This document shows, piece by piece, positions 16,901-27,600 of a stretch of 63,514 nucleotides of DNA. The stretch's first letter is position 1, and each line of letters opens with the position of its first letter. The stretch lies in IMG/VR virus record IMGVR_UViG_3300025086_000018, positions 1-63,514 of that record, one strand, 5' to 3'. The position numbers were made by a program, and so were the translations under genes. The notes under the pieces were generated by a model, which saw only the letters and a list, made by a program, of their open reading frames with translations, did no database searches and was not told where the DNA came from. The stretch comes from a virus. Its lineage: Duplodnaviria > Caudoviricetes.

Positions 16901-19880
16901 CCTGCATAGACTCAGCTCTTATAATTGCTCTTTGTCTAGCAACTAATTTCTTTCTTTCTTTTACTGTTATAGGATTTCCTGTGTCGTTTAATTTTTTTCT
17001 AATATTAAATAACTCATTTCTTCTTTGTAATGTTTTAGTTCTATCTTTAACAGTTTGAACTTCATCTCTTATTATATTATAAGCATTACCACCCATACCT
17101 GGTCCTTGTATAGCTAAAGATGTAAAAGCAGTATTAACTATAAAGTCTTTATTAATACCATCTAATAAGCTTTTATCTTCACCTAGCATTACGATATCGG
17201 AAGCGTTGTTGATTAATTCAACTCCCATTTCTTCACCAATTTCTTTAGATAAGTTTAACCCAGTGTTTAAACCAGAGTACATCATCTTTTTAAAAGTGCT
17301 AGATCCAGTAACAGGTGCTATTCTTGTAAATTTATTTACGTAACTTAAAGATCCTAGTTTTTCCATGTACATGTCAGACAAACCAGCAATCATAGAAGAA
17401 GTTGTTCTTTGCCACTGAGGTATACTTACTTGTCTATTTATTTCACTGATCTGACCAGCTATCATGTCTTTCTCAAATGGTGACTTAGCATTTTCTAACG
17501 CGGTATTTAAATCAGCAATCCTCTGTTCACTGTTTAAACTTGCAATTTCTAAATCTGCCATCTTACTACCGTATCCTTGCATAAAGAATAAACCTTGAGA
17601 ATATTTGCTAGCTTGTAAACTTGCTCTCATAGCAGCTGTTCTGTAAGCTATTGTACCTCTTGCGGCTCCAGTAGATAAACCACCCATTCCACCCATGGGT
17701 AAAGTCATTAATGTAGTTAATATAGATGGTGAATTATTAGCAAACATTTGACCCATGTAGGTATCCATGTTGGTCCAACTAGAGTCGTCAAATCTTATAT
17801 TTTGTATATAGTCTTCATTTAAAGAATCATTAAGTTCTTTATTGTAGTTAGTAGCTAAACCTTTTAACTTACCTGCTTCTTCATACATTAACTCTATCTC
17901 TTCGTCAGATGCATCTGTAAACTTATCGGTCATGTAGGTAAGAGCATTACCTACACCTGCTGCAGCACTACCAATCATTTCTGCACCAGAACCTAAAAAC
18001 CCTTTTTCCAACTGTAAGCCCATCCTCTGTAGGTTACTATAGTTTTTCAAAGCACCTCTAACAGCTAAGTCAACGTCTCCAAAACTAGCGGCTTTATCCA
18101 TTAGCTCTGTGTTTCTATTTTTTAATATGCTGTAAGTATTTATTAATTCTTCTTCTCTTTGCTGTAGTCCAGCTTCTTTCATTCCGACTTGAGCATCTTT
18201 TATACTCTGTACTGCGTTATTATATTCTGCTATAACAGAAGGTGGTGAATCAGCATTAATTCCTTCGTCTTCTAATCTCTGTATAATAACACTAGCCGCG
18301 TTAGCTTGTTCAACAAAAGGTTTCATATCCGTTTCTAAAGAACTTACATCAGCTTCGTAATTATTAAAGTCTTCATTGATTTGCTCATTAGCAAAGATAA
18401 TTTTTTCTTCTGCCTTAATTCTTAAGTCATCTAATTCTTTTTGTGATAAAGAAGATCCTTCACTAAATTGTCCTTCTTCAAAAGCACCATCTTGACCAAT
18501 CCCGCCCTGTTCTGTCGAACCATATACTTTTGATTGAGAGTAAATACCTGCTGGTACGTACATAGATCCAAAAGCTGTATTTACCTTAACTAAATCTCCT
18601 CTTTTGCCATCGTCATTGTAAGCTCTTACGTTGTCTGCATGTCTATCATGTTCTGTTTTATGATCTTGTCTAGCTTTAGCTAATTCATCAACACCAACAT
18701 AATCTTCTAACATAAACTCAGATGTTCTTCTTCTTTGCTGTGGAGTGTACTCATTGTTTACATAGAACATTTCTTGAGCACCAGCTTTAGCTTCTCTAAT
18801 AGCATTTTTAACTACGTTTTCTCCTACATAATTTTTAGTCCACTCAAAGTCATAATCTTCTCCTTCTGAATTATGGTATTGTTTCCAATTATTATAAAGA
18901 TCTTTATCGTTATTAAAAAACTCTTTCATATACAACTTCGCTTGAGCATCGTCATAAAATTTACCATCTGGTTCTATAGTCTCTATTAACTCATCCTCGT
19001 CAAGAGTACTAAACCAAACGTCGTCTTCAGCATCTCTATTACTACTGTCTATTCTAGTACTAATGTTTTCATATATAGTTCTACCTAGCTGCTTCTTAGT
19101 TCTATCTTCATTTTCATCTATAGTCGCTAAATCCTTACTTAATACCTTTGCGCTAGTGTACTCGTTTCTATACTCTTTTTTTGCTTCTAAGCTAGACAAT
19201 TTTCTAGCTCTAGCTTGCTCTTCTGCCTCTAACTTCTTTATATTTTCTTTACGTTCTTTAGCTTCTTTATCTAATTTAGCTTGTAATTCTGGATCTGATA
19301 CTACTACTTCTTCTTTAACCTCTTCAACTGGTGTGTTGTCTATAATCTTAGCTTTACCTCTCCATCTTTTAACGTACTCGTCTACATCGCCGTGCATTTT
19401 AAAAACGTCAGTGTAAGAATATGACTTTACAGACCCATCAGGTTGTTCTATTTCTACACGTTTATATTTAGTGTTACGACCACCATATGTTTCATTTTCA
19501 AACTTTTCTGCTTCTAATTCTTTAGCTTTAGATTTTTTACTTTCTTCATATGCTGTATCTGCTTCTTTAGCTAACTTTAACTTTTCAGCTCGTTCATTAG
19601 CAGCAGCAACTAACTTATCCTCATACAAAGTGTTTTGTAAATTATTTATGTCTGACTCTACTAGTTCTTCTGCAGTAGGTTCTGCTACCTCTTCAGTTAC
19701 TTCTGTAGTCTCTTCTCCGCCTTCAGGTTGAGCTACACCAGCTTGATTGTCAGGTTGTGCTTCATCTCCTGCGATTTCGAAACCTTCTGGTAACCAGTCT
19801 GGACTATTAGATTCTTGAGATTTTTTTCCTTCGTCAACAATTTCAAATCCTTCAGGTAACCAATCATGTTCATTTCCCAT
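10914..19880 (-). CDS. Giant multidomain virion/ejection (polyvalent-type) protein, 2988 aa
   Basis: Last gene of the late block after ejection-type genes; contains HELLH, a sigma region-2-like segment and a HAD-like domain (DFDDT / LTAR / K / FADD). Confidence 0.75.
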   Translation of the reverse strand: MGNEHDWLPEGFEIVDEGKKSQESNSPDWLPEGFEIAGDEAQPDNQAGVAQPEGGEETTEVTEEVAEPTAEELVESDINNLQNTLYEDKLVAAANERAEKLKLAKEADTAYEESKKSKAKELEAEKFENETYGGRNTKYKRVEIEQPDGSVKSYSYTDVFKMHGDVDEYVKRWRGKAKIIDNTPVEEVKEEVVVSDPELQAKLDKEAKERKENIKKLEAEEQARARKLSSLEAKKEYRNEYTSAKVLSKDLATIDENEDRTKKQLGRTIYENISTRIDSSNRDAEDDVWFSTLDEDELIETIEPDGKFYDDAQAKLYMKEFFNNDKDLYNNWKQYHNSEGEDYDFEWTKNYVGENVVKNAIREAKAGAQEMFYVNNEYTPQQRRRTSEFMLEDYVGVDELAKARQDHKTEHDRHADNVRAYNDDGKRGDLVKVNTAFGSMYVPAGIYSQSKVYGSTEQGGIGQDGAFEEGQFSEGSSLSQKELDDLRIKAEEKIIFANEQINEDFNNYEADVSSLETDMKPFVEQANAASVIIQRLEDEGINADSPPSVIAEYNNAVQSIKDAQVGMKEAGLQQREEELINTYSILKNRNTELMDKAASFGDVDLAVRGALKNYSNLQRMGLQLEKGFLGSGAEMIGSAAAGVGNALTYMTDKFTDASDEEIELMYEEAGKLKGLATNYNKELNDSLNEDYIQNIRFDDSSWTNMDTYMGQMFANNSPSILTTLMTLPMGGMGGLSTGAARGTIAYRTAAMRASLQASKYSQGLFFMQGYGSKMADLEIASLNSEQRIADLNTALENAKSPFEKDMIAGQISEINRQVSIPQWQRTTSSMIAGLSDMYMEKLGSLSYVNKFTRIAPVTGSSTFKKMMYSGLNTGLNLSKEIGEEMGVELINNASDIVMLGEDKSLLDGINKDFIVNTAFTSLAIQGPGMGGNAYNIIRDEVQTVKDRTKTLQRRNELFNIRKKLNDTGNPITVKERKKLVARQRAIIRAESMQDVMKTQKLARMSDTEVKSLFNLNAKKRKLLKDIRSNAAQGISKATKKNRDKLVAEYKKVDARRNDLLSREARNRQEAAKDNSDPAQLEHNMGLNDFYTDVVEMNQAMNDGGFTKYEGENKPDIESLKRKGLSDADAKAVVAAYDKGSNAANIGNDIFIFQENIKRGMANTDLITESEIAAVAPMHELLHIQNRKAGIVKDNVVVGQANTAITELDGLMKEKLALNKITQEQYDNFNARKELYTTDKGVNVEELLNLYGDFVNIGVLTASGLNNMYGIKNTLSTLVNKFNPSNQAWLFPMQTGKDVFGYLNSFQKSAKKYDIARIDDDEKKEEVKESSSLAEMSKDFDMSKPSGRTRFLNENLAKDKDGNFVTDITRSKFGQDIGGMIESTTRRLYDKVPEDLRKGVTRDDFKNDLTTMASTLIQQEFDPSKQDLDKFLSNRLNLRANKLATDTFDQEFTDDITEAKDIAAEETADIVKEDNKKIDQSQRGIKLANRLVTNEDQKETLDQAVQEIKSEIDNLPIADLDFKTLKNIAIDKVQELFGIKPKTGNLTKGDVANAQNFINKNVEALMTMMPEGATRSGTSTGVQKVLLDKLYKKTKRVAMSVTGSKAGLAVQEKRNDITQSQFKEIFGITPAGTPNISDRNTSARIKALVAQTERMLSNQEVRAELEKRGRDIPQALAEGKAQVMFSESLNKVTPEQRKLYDKLSNARSINDVAKILGLPKITVNDENRIGKQIAILEAIVKYGLSSNVFKAAMPASSGAIRMRVGKVPMLDMYLADNNIKAVKGDVWYKLTNGKFAKGVEKGIDKNGNKTFSPPVDKEGLPLTNLVAQRGRLYYGVTDPAYIAALKAAEARDDKQKPKRIRVKGKITRKEFNKNKPQSDMNMDILEDVSKQLGNAVKEGMNPALAALLIAQGYQATAGLIKIAARFDNVSDVMEYGKSKKQRTGEKYREEHNPPASVIGATLIGAIVNKNVDEIFPFIRKNYSQTQLSKASDELLDMAKLDATIPTGYSIFNDPIIRLSKAGINGNTITNLISGKSMMEDYGLPVPGRLKNNTAVVAFQNNLVAEVENGKSIEDAKAELDAFLPLASDIQKSANENVSMLNESKVLNVDDNMSPEDILSKAKTIDEALANARKTKKTNKKIRVFDFDDTLAQTNSKVFYTKKDGSQGELTAEQFASDGARLVQEGAVMDFSDFDIVKEGKRGPLFKVAETIKNSRGNEDLYVLTARSPQAQEAIYEFLKSEGLEFKKENIVGLGNSSGEAKANWIIDKAAEGFNDFYFADDAYQNVKAVQDALDVIDVKSKVQQAHVLESKNLNSDFNKLLENTTGIGKQKKYSKAKAQVRGANKGKGKFWIPYSAEDFQGLIYKTLAKGALGDAQMAWYKQHVLDPYARAMDNFSTARLNLMKDFNALKKKLNVPANLRKKTDSGFTNEQAVRVYLWNKTGQKVPGLSDTDSKELSDIVENDPQLKVFADQILTITKGDGYGKPGQSWLVGTITTDLLDLLNTTKRDKFLEQWQNNVDQIYNQDNLNKLEAIYGAKYREALENVLSRMKSGKNRLSSGNRLSNKILDYINASNGAIMFFNMRSAVLQTISSINFMNWSFNNPIQAGKAFANQPQYWSDFKKLMNSDFLMDRRNGLRINISESEIADAAKTSQNKAKAVLNYILQKGYLPTQYADSFAIASGGATFYRNRINSLVEDGMKLKDAEAQAMQEFREIAEENQQSSRPDKISQQQASDAGRLILMFANTPMQYARIQKRAFQDLVNGRGDRKTNISKIIYYGVIQNIIFNALQQAVFALGFGDGDDEEEKNKKYLKTANGMLDSTLRGLGMGGTAVSVIKNFIYDIYERSGRSRPEYVDSVWKLLQFSPPISSKISRMRQALWLFDSKKRRQEMFDKGFSLDNPAYDAAAKVISATTNLPLDRVLQKFDNINSAMNEETEWWQSVAMLLGWPSWSLEEKTSSTKTTKKKKPKLTARQKSGNRKKRKVTVRKR

Positions 19881-19890
19881 AAATACTTAT

Positions 19891-21576
19891 TTAAGTTTTT
19901 GTTATAGTATAACCATTACTCAATGTGATTTTATCACCTGGTTTAGCGGCAGCTATTTTCTTTTTGTCTTCATCGGTTGGTACAAACTTAGGTTGGTTAT
20001 TTTTAAAGTGATCAATAGTTTCTTGATTCTTAAATATTTGACCAAGATACATTGTGTTTAAATTATCATGACCTTCGTTTCCTGTGAAATAATCTATAGA
20101 AAAACCACGACTATTACCAGTACCATAAACCATTCCAACTTCACCAGGTCTTTGTGGATCTACATCAACCATCTCTCCATCTGCATTTTCTTCTTTACCA
20201 GCACCAACCCAATAATCTTGAGCTCCATGGCCTTTAGTATAAGGCGCGTTGTTTAATGTTTCAACAATTTGTTCAGCTGTAGGTTCACCGTTTTGATACA
20301 ATGTAGTTATTGTTTTCATACCCTCATCATATTTAGATTGACCTTGAACTATTTCATTTTTAATAGTAGCTGAATAAGGAAGACCTTTTTCTTCTTTTAC
20401 ATCTGGCTTTTCTGGCTTAGGTGCATTTTCAATACTAAAGTAATTACCTTTAATGCTATTTAAACCTGGAGTATTTTTATTTAAAGTATCATTAGCTATC
20501 CATTTTTTTGCAGCATCTTCTTGAGCAGCAGCCATAGCTTCATTTTTAGGATCATCTGGTTCACCTACCTGTTCACCCCATCTGCTATTAACAAAATCAT
20601 TTAAAGTAACTCCAGCGTCTCTCATAGCTTGACCACTATCACTGTTATAGTATTCTGTTAAAGAATAACCATCTTCTCCATCATCTGGTATCACATCTTG
20701 GAAATAACTAGTCATTACATCTGAATTACTAATTATACTATCCATACCTGGGCTTTCTAGTAAAGTATTCATAGCTAACTCAGGATCTGTTATTTCTCTA
20801 GTTTTATATATCTTACCGTCTTTTGTTTCTGAAGTTGTTTTAATATATGTTTCATCTACTATATCATCAACATTTAAAGCTTTATTAAATAACTGTTGTT
20901 CCATAGCTGATATATCTTGAACCTTACTATATAGTCCATCACCAGTAGCGGCCTTAGCCATTAACTCAGAACCATTTAACATTGCACCTTTCTTAGTAAC
21001 GTTACCATCTTCATCTACAGTATCTGGTGTATAGTAATATATAACACCACCTCTTTCTACTACTTGTACGTTACCACCTTCCATCATGGTGTTTAATACT
21101 TGTTGACTTTCTTGAGAACTAACAGAACTTATAGAACCAGGCGCACCTGTTTGAATTTTAGAATCATCTCTATAATTAGACACTTGACCAGCTAGATAAG
21201 CTGCTTGATTTTTAAATTGTTTAGATAAACCTTCTATTCTAGTCAATGCTAAATTACCTTCACGTCTACTTATGCTACCATTTTGCATAGCATTTTTTAT
21301 TTGAAAGTATTCATCTACTTTATCGTTCCAAAAACCTACAATATTTTCATCAAGTTGAGCATCACCAGTACTACCAAAAGTATTAGCTTTTTCATTCATA
21401 GCCATCTCTTCGTCATCTCTTTTTTCTTGAAGAGCTGCTTGTTCTTTTTTCTGACGTATAGTATTCTCCGATATTGTATTAGCAGTTTTTGCTGCTGAGT
21501 TTGTAATTTCTTTTGCGCCCTTTATGAATGCATCAAAACTTTTATCTATAATTCTTTGTGGTTTAGCGTAACTCAT
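19891..21576 (-). CDS. Putative internal virion (ejection) protein
   Basis: 561 aa, helical N-terminus, position between pilot-like and giant protein. Confidence 0.55.
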   Translation of the reverse strand: MSYAKPQRIIDKSFDAFIKGAKEITNSAAKTANTISENTIRQKKEQAALQEKRDDEEMAMNEKANTFGSTGDAQLDENIVGFWNDKVDEYFQIKNAMQNGSISRREGNLALTRIEGLSKQFKNQAAYLAGQVSNYRDDSKIQTGAPGSISSVSSQESQQVLNTMMEGGNVQVVERGGVIYYYTPDTVDEDGNVTKKGAMLNGSELMAKAATGDGLYSKVQDISAMEQQLFNKALNVDDIVDETYIKTTSETKDGKIYKTREITDPELAMNTLLESPGMDSIISNSDVMTSYFQDVIPDDGEDGYSLTEYYNSDSGQAMRDAGVTLNDFVNSRWGEQVGEPDDPKNEAMAAAQEDAAKKWIANDTLNKNTPGLNSIKGNYFSIENAPKPEKPDVKEEKGLPYSATIKNEIVQGQSKYDEGMKTITTLYQNGEPTAEQIVETLNNAPYTKGHGAQDYWVGAGKEENADGEMVDVDPQRPGEVGMVYGTGNSRGFSIDYFTGNEGHDNLNTMYLGQIFKNQETIDHFKNNQPKFVPTDEDKKKIAAAKPGDKITLSNGYTITKT

Positions 21577-21593
21577 TATTTAATAATTTAAAA

Positions 21594-22310
21594 TTAAGGT
21601 GGTGTTGTTCCTGTTGATGATTTTCCTGTACCAAAACCTCCAGCTATTATACCAGCTCCATTTGCTATTGAGGTTCCAATACCCATTATCGCCGCATTTC
21701 TAGCAGCGTCAGCATCTGCAGCATTTTGTCTAGCATTATCAATTAAACCAGCAGTACGATCTAGTTTTTTCTCATGCCATTGTATAGCATCTCTCTGTTC
21801 CATTTCATCACCTTTAGCTCTCATCATATCTATTTTCTGAGCTCCTTCAGCTTTAAGTTTATCTACGTTAGCTTGACCTTCAGCAGCCATTTTTTTGTTT
21901 TGAGTTTCTTGAGCATTGATAGTAGATGCAATACCTCTTTTACTTTTTAAAGCCATTTGAGCTAAAGCAGTAGCACCAGCAGCACCCATGCCTTGTTCTT
22001 GCATCATGTCTAAGCTATTGGCTAAAGCTATGTCAGCTTCTTCAGCTTGTATCTTAGCAGCTTCGGTAGATACAGTTAAATTAGCATATGGATTATTTAA
22101 GTTTTCAAATTGATTTTGTAAATTTTCATATGGATTTTTAAATGCAGGTCTACTAGCCTCCATTGCTTCTAACTGTTGTTGCAGTTGATCAGCTTGTGAT
22201 GTTGCGGCGTCTCTAGCATTTTTAGCTTTGCTAGCTCCTATAGCACTAGTGGTTGCTCCTGCCGCTGCTGCAATACCACCTGCTATTAATACTCCTGTTG
22301 CTACTCCCAT
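21594..22310 (-). CDS. Putative DNA pilot / ejection protein
   Basis: Gly/Ala-rich hydrophobic termini with Gln/Ala-rich coiled coil. Confidence 0.6.
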   Translation of the reverse strand: MGVATGVLIAGGIAAAAGATTSAIGASKAKNARDAATSQADQLQQQLEAMEASRPAFKNPYENLQNQFENLNNPYANLTVSTEAAKIQAEEADIALANSLDMMQEQGMGAAGATALAQMALKSKRGIASTINAQETQNKKMAAEGQANVDKLKAEGAQKIDMMRAKGDEMEQRDAIQWHEKKLDRTAGLIDNARQNAADADAARNAAIMGIGTSIANGAGIIAGGFGTGKSSTGTTPP

Positions 22311-22315
22311 ATTCT

Positions 22316-22717
22316 TTATTTTAAAATTTTTGTTATTTCGTAGGATGGTGTATCATCTACATGATAACCTAGTTCTTTGTGTTTATCTATTAATGCTTTT
22401 GTTCTACCTATACTAAATATATATTTATATCCCCAGTCTTTTATAATTTTCTCAACAGTCTTTATCAAGCATGTTATAGCTAAGTCTCTGTCATTTTCTT
22501 TATATTCTGGATTAGATATTATCCATTCAAGCAAAACTGCCTTAGAGTTAGTTATATAAACAAACCCTGCAACTATCATTACATTATCTTTATAAACAAC
22601 AAACCCACCAGTTCCATTGTCTGGTAAAAAGTCTTTTTCGATAGGTGGCCATTTCCATGCTCTCCACCAATCAGCTAGAATCTCATAATCAGATTCTGTT
22701 AATTTTCTTATATTCAT
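22316..22717 (-). CDS. GNAT-fold acetyltransferase-like protein
   Basis: MNIRKLTESDYE start, VAGFVY strand, ISNPEY, K.LGY end; usual podovirus position before ejection genes. Confidence 0.6.
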   Translation of the reverse strand: MNIRKLTESDYEILADWWRAWKWPPIEKDFLPDNGTGGFVVYKDNVMIVAGFVYITNSKAVLLEWIISNPEYKENDRDLAITCLIKTVEKIIKDWGYKYIFSIGRTKALIDKHKELGYHVDDTPSYEITKILK

Positions 22718-22723
22718 ATTTAA

Positions 22724-24601
22724 TTACATTGAAGACACATTGTACCTTAACCCAACGGTGTATAGTTCTTTAAAACCACCTGGATCTGTACTAGTATCTG
22801 TACTCATTTTTACTTCTGAGAAGAAACCTTTTATACCACTCATTTGATCACCAAATTGTATTTCACCTGGCATAGCGTTACTATTATTAACTAGATTAGC
22901 AACGTATCTATTTTCTTTTCTATCAAACCCAGCGTGCAATAAAGGCGGATTTAAAGGGCTAGCTGTTGCTCCTGTATTACCAGCACCATCATATTGTCCC
23001 TCATAATAACTTCTTATTAAGTTAGTAGTATCATAGTATAGTTTCCAAGTTCCTAATGGTACTCCACCAGACCATTCTTTATCAAAGCCGGTTTCGTCAG
23101 ATGATATAGCAACTACTTTCCAACCACTATTTCCTTCATAATCTATTGTTAAAAAGTTTTTCTGGACAGAAGGGTTTGGATTTGCTATGAAAGTAACAGT
23201 AGATGGATTATCAACCGAGTAGAAATTACCTCTATTAACGTTGTTAGAGTACTGTATCCATAAACCAGAATATCCTAAGTTGCCAGCATTTGGCAATGCA
23301 AAACTTTTATTGTAAGTAGTATATACTTTACCTTTTAAACTACCTAATTGTTCAAACCTGTATGTATAAAAGCTAGTCCAACCTTTAGTTAACTCATCAA
23401 AACCTAAAGTATAAAATGTATCATCTTCTTGATCTTTACTTTTATTATTATACTGTAAAGATAAAACATATTGTTTGTTGTATATATCCCATCCACCTTT
23501 TATATAGCTTCTACTATAATAAATAACCTTTAACTCTCCTGATGGGTATGTTCCACTAGCTAAAGATACAGTTCTATCTAATTGTATTTGTACAGGATAA
23601 CCTGTAACAGGTACTGCTGGATTTAAGTCTATTTCAGTTATATAACCTAAACCAATACCAGTACCATCTTCAATAACATAACCACCTAATGCTAACTCAC
23701 CTAGTAATTGTGGTGTTGAATTTTCAACACAGAAGAAACTTTCGCCTTGTACTATTTTAGCTTTTTCAAAACTAAGTTTAAACTCATTTACTATATTGTC
23801 TTCAAGTGTTTCTAAATTATCTCTAAACCAATCACGCATACCGTATTCTGATATTTCAGTAATACCATCATGTGACAATCTTAATATAGCGCTTCTATTT
23901 CTATCAGCAAAATATTTTCTAAAACCATATATAGAAAAGCTTTCTGGATTTCTACTAATACCATATTCACCTGCGTAAGGAACTATTTGACCTATAACAG
24001 CATTTTGAGTAGTAACGGTACCACCACCTTCAGCAGAGTATATAGCGTCTTTATCTATCAAAGCTCTATTACATTTATTTTCCTGGAGTACTAATAAGTT
24101 GTTTTCTTCAGCATATAATTTTTGTATACTACCGTTGTCTGGATTTGCTGATTTAGTTATTTGATCACCAATAGGAAACTCATTAGTTCTATTAACACCT
24201 GTTCTAGAATTAAAAACACCAGAATATATTAATGCAGCAAACCTGTCTTGTTGAACCGGTTCTTCTCTATCCAAAAAAGCTCTAGCGCCATAATCCATAG
24301 GTGTATTATTAAAACCACCTTTAATGTACATGTCTTCTAAATAAAAGTTTTCTATAGTAACAGATCTATTATCAGGTATTGTCGTGTCAGCACCTGGATA
24401 CTCTGTAGTTATATTAAAAGTTTGTGGAGAAGCGTATACATTACTCAATGGAAAAACACCACGTCTAGGTGACGTACCACTTCCACCAGGAATTACTGGC
24501 TTTGTTGCTAAGTCTTCTGTATTATTTTTAGCTGTCTCTGGTGTAAGTACTCTCTTTAACCACAAGGAGTTATAATATTCTACTTCTATAATTGCTGCCA
24601 T
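22724..24601 (-). CDS. Tail structural protein (stabilisation/nozzle-like, C-terminal part)
   Basis: GEYGISRNPESF, YFAD, GITEIS, GWTSF beta-propeller-like motifs; tail cluster. Confidence 0.65.
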   Translation of the reverse strand: MAAIIEVEYYNSLWLKRVLTPETAKNNTEDLATKPVIPGGSGTSPRRGVFPLSNVYASPQTFNITTEYPGADTTIPDNRSVTIENFYLEDMYIKGGFNNTPMDYGARAFLDREEPVQQDRFAALIYSGVFNSRTGVNRTNEFPIGDQITKSANPDNGSIQKLYAEENNLLVLQENKCNRALIDKDAIYSAEGGGTVTTQNAVIGQIVPYAGEYGISRNPESFSIYGFRKYFADRNRSAILRLSHDGITEISEYGMRDWFRDNLETLEDNIVNEFKLSFEKAKIVQGESFFCVENSTPQLLGELALGGYVIEDGTGIGLGYITEIDLNPAVPVTGYPVQIQLDRTVSLASGTYPSGELKVIYYSRSYIKGGWDIYNKQYVLSLQYNNKSKDQEDDTFYTLGFDELTKGWTSFYTYRFEQLGSLKGKVYTTYNKSFALPNAGNLGYSGLWIQYSNNVNRGNFYSVDNPSTVTFIANPNPSVQKNFLTIDYEGNSGWKVVAISSDETGFDKEWSGGVPLGTWKLYYDTTNLIRSYYEGQYDGAGNTGATASPLNPPLLHAGFDRKENRYVANLVNNSNAMPGEIQFGDQMSGIKGFFSEVKMSTDTSTDPGGFKELYTVGLRYNVSSM

Positions 24602-24603
24602 AA

Positions 24604-24616
24604 TATAGTATCACTT
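24604..24616 (-). promoter_or_regulatory. Putative late promoter AAGTGATACTATA
   Basis: Intergenic, immediately upstream of ATG at 24601. Confidence 0.55.
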
Positions 24617-24630
24617 ATTTATTTTAAAAA

Positions 24631-27600
24631 TTAAGATATAATGGTTAAATTTATTTCACTAATAGTGGTTTTTAAACCTGAACCATTCATATCTGTAACG
24701 CATATTCTTAAAGGTAATGGGTTAACACTTAATGGCTCACCACCAGCGTCTTTAACATCATCTATTTGTAGTATCTTACCGTTGAGTTGAGGTGGGAAAT
24801 TTGGATTACTATAATTAGCAATCTCTAAACCTTGATGTTTTGAAAAGAAATCATAATAAGTTCCAGCACTAGGATCTCTAACTTCAATAGTCCAATTTAA
24901 TTCTTCAAAAGCTTGAGGAGTATTAGCATTATTGCTTCCGTTATTAGCGCCTAAAGTTCCACATATAGTATTATTTGACCAAGAACCAGCAGTTGGAACT
25001 GCACCTTCTCTAGTTTCGTTTATACCACTGTTGTTTATTACAGAAATATTTGGATTATTAGGTTCACCATAATTACTATTTGGAGCTTGATTTCTCAATG
25101 TGAATGATAAAGGAAATTCATAAGTGTTTTCTAAAGGATTACTTATAGAACATTCAAATACAAAATTAAGAAAATTGTTTACTAAAGTTTGTGAATAGAA
25201 TAAGTTTCCTCTAGGATCTAAACTAATACCAAATTGACTAGCGCTTAATGAAGCATCTACTTTTGTATTAGCAACACCAGCTTGAGTATATAAAGTTATA
25301 GGAGTATTACTACCATCAGTTGGATAAGACACTGTTCCATCTTGGTTTGTTATATTTTTTAAAACACAATTACTAAAACTAGCAGGTGGTATTATTCCAG
25401 CTGAATTATTTCTAACTGTAAATACTAATAACCTTAGACTAGATATAGAACCTGTTATATTTAAACTTTCATTCCAAGGAGAAGATCCTGTACTTAAATC
25501 AAACACTACGTCATCAGCACCTAGTATAGCTTCGTTAAGATCTTCTATTAAACCTGTAGTTCCAGTTTCCCAAAATATCTCTAGTGCAGATTTAGTTGGG
25601 TTGGTTTCATAAGCTGAAAAAACTAAAGGTTCAACGCTGTCTGGTAAAGCAGTCTCTGCATCTCTACCTAACTTAAATACATTTTCAATGTTAGCTGATG
25701 GTGGATCAGACTGTGCTTCATATAAACCAGCTGTAGTAGCATCTGTATTTAAAGCAAAGAAGTTTCCAACAGCTCTTACTTTCATATCTCTTCTACCTGG
25801 AAATATAGGAATATTTTGATTTGCAGATGTATAGTACAAACCTGTAGGCGTATAGCCTTCTTGTATGGCTACCCTAGGATACAAAGTTGTATCACTAGGA
25901 GAATATTGTTGTTGAACAGGCGTTGTTTCTAGTAATCCAGGTGGAACTTTATTAGCGTTATCAGTTAATAAAGTAGTAACATTTATCATGTTTTTACTAG
26001 ACTTTGTAAAAAATTCTGTGTTTGGGGTAGCAGCAAAAGAAGTAGAAGGTGAGTATGTAAAATTATCATTATTTAAAATATTAGTAATAGTATACTCAGT
26101 TCCTGAAATAGTAAAATTCATACCTTCTAATAACAAGAATGTTTTAGGTTCTGCTGCTGGATTTACTGCCGTATTGTTAACAACACCAACGCCACTAACT
26201 CCAGTTACATCTAATTTAAAAGGTTTTATTATAGGAGCTCCATTTAATATACTAGGAAGATAAACATTGTAATATTCTTGTTCAGTTTGTTTTACTACAA
26301 CTTTATAAGAATAAAAACCTAATTTATTTCTTTCTAATATAGTAACCGTATCAGTAGCAGCTGGCTGTACAAAACTATAAGAAGCGTTATTTGCTACCCA
26401 TAATATATTATTAGTTAAATCTATAGCTCCTATTTCAAATTCATATCTCGTCCCTGATAAAGTGTAAGAAACGTAATTGCCAACAGAAGCTAAACTTATA
26501 TCACCTATAGCAGGGTTGAATCTTAAAGAGTTTAAATTGTTTATATTAATTCCTCCTGAGCTAGCAAATTCTAATGCTGTTTTTACATTACTATATAAAC
26601 CAGGATAACCATCATTACTAGTTATAACGTTAGGTATAGTATTTGCAAAAAGAATTTTAAGAGAATCACCAGGCCAATCAACAATACCTGCTCTAGGATT
26701 CTGTGAAGCGGGAACAGAAGCTGTTGAAGTTAATTTTTCTGTTACACTATCGAAGTAAGGTGTATATACTGTAGATCCACCAAAAACTATAGGATTGTTA
26801 GCAAATGGTCCTGTTTTTTCCTCATAACTTCTATCTCTGACTGATGATAAAATAACATCTGAAGACCTACCGTATTTATCTTGTAACACAATACCAACTT
26901 GATATGTTCTATTTTGTTTTAAAGTATGATTAGGATAAGCTATGTCACTAGCATTGTATTGTTTAAACGCAGGTGTAAACTTAGCACTAACTCCAACTAG
27001 GTAATCTAACGTTAGTGGAGAAGTATGCGCATCTATAAAATTTCCATATATTATTCTATTACCTGCAGAAGCCTGTGTAGCTGCTCTAATAGGAACTTTA
27101 TCATAAACTCTACTTATAACACTGTCAGGTAGAACTTTTATAGGTCTTCTACTTTGGTACTTGTAAGAAATAAATTTTGTAGTTACTGAATTATAATCTT
27201 GAATATCTAATGTTTCTACAACTTTTAATGCTAGCGCTGTAGACTCTTTATATACTATATCTATCTCACTAACTTTAAGTTTATTTCCTAATTCATTAGC
27301 GGGGCATGGTAGTGGTATATCTAAAGCGACTTCAGTTATTTCATTAGTCAAAAACTCTACTATAGTATTTTCTCCTGCTTGCTGTTCTTGACTTAAGAAA
27401 TCATTTAAACTAGCTTTCTGTTTATTAGCACCAATAGTCTTTTGAAAATATCCACCTTGCTTTGGTATAAATACATTTTGAGTAAAAGGAGATAATAAAG
27501 AATATTCATTATTGTCGAATTTAAACCTATAAGAAAACCTTACAAACTTATCATCTAAAAAAGCCGGATCACCAGGAAAATCTTGTTTAAAAAATTTATT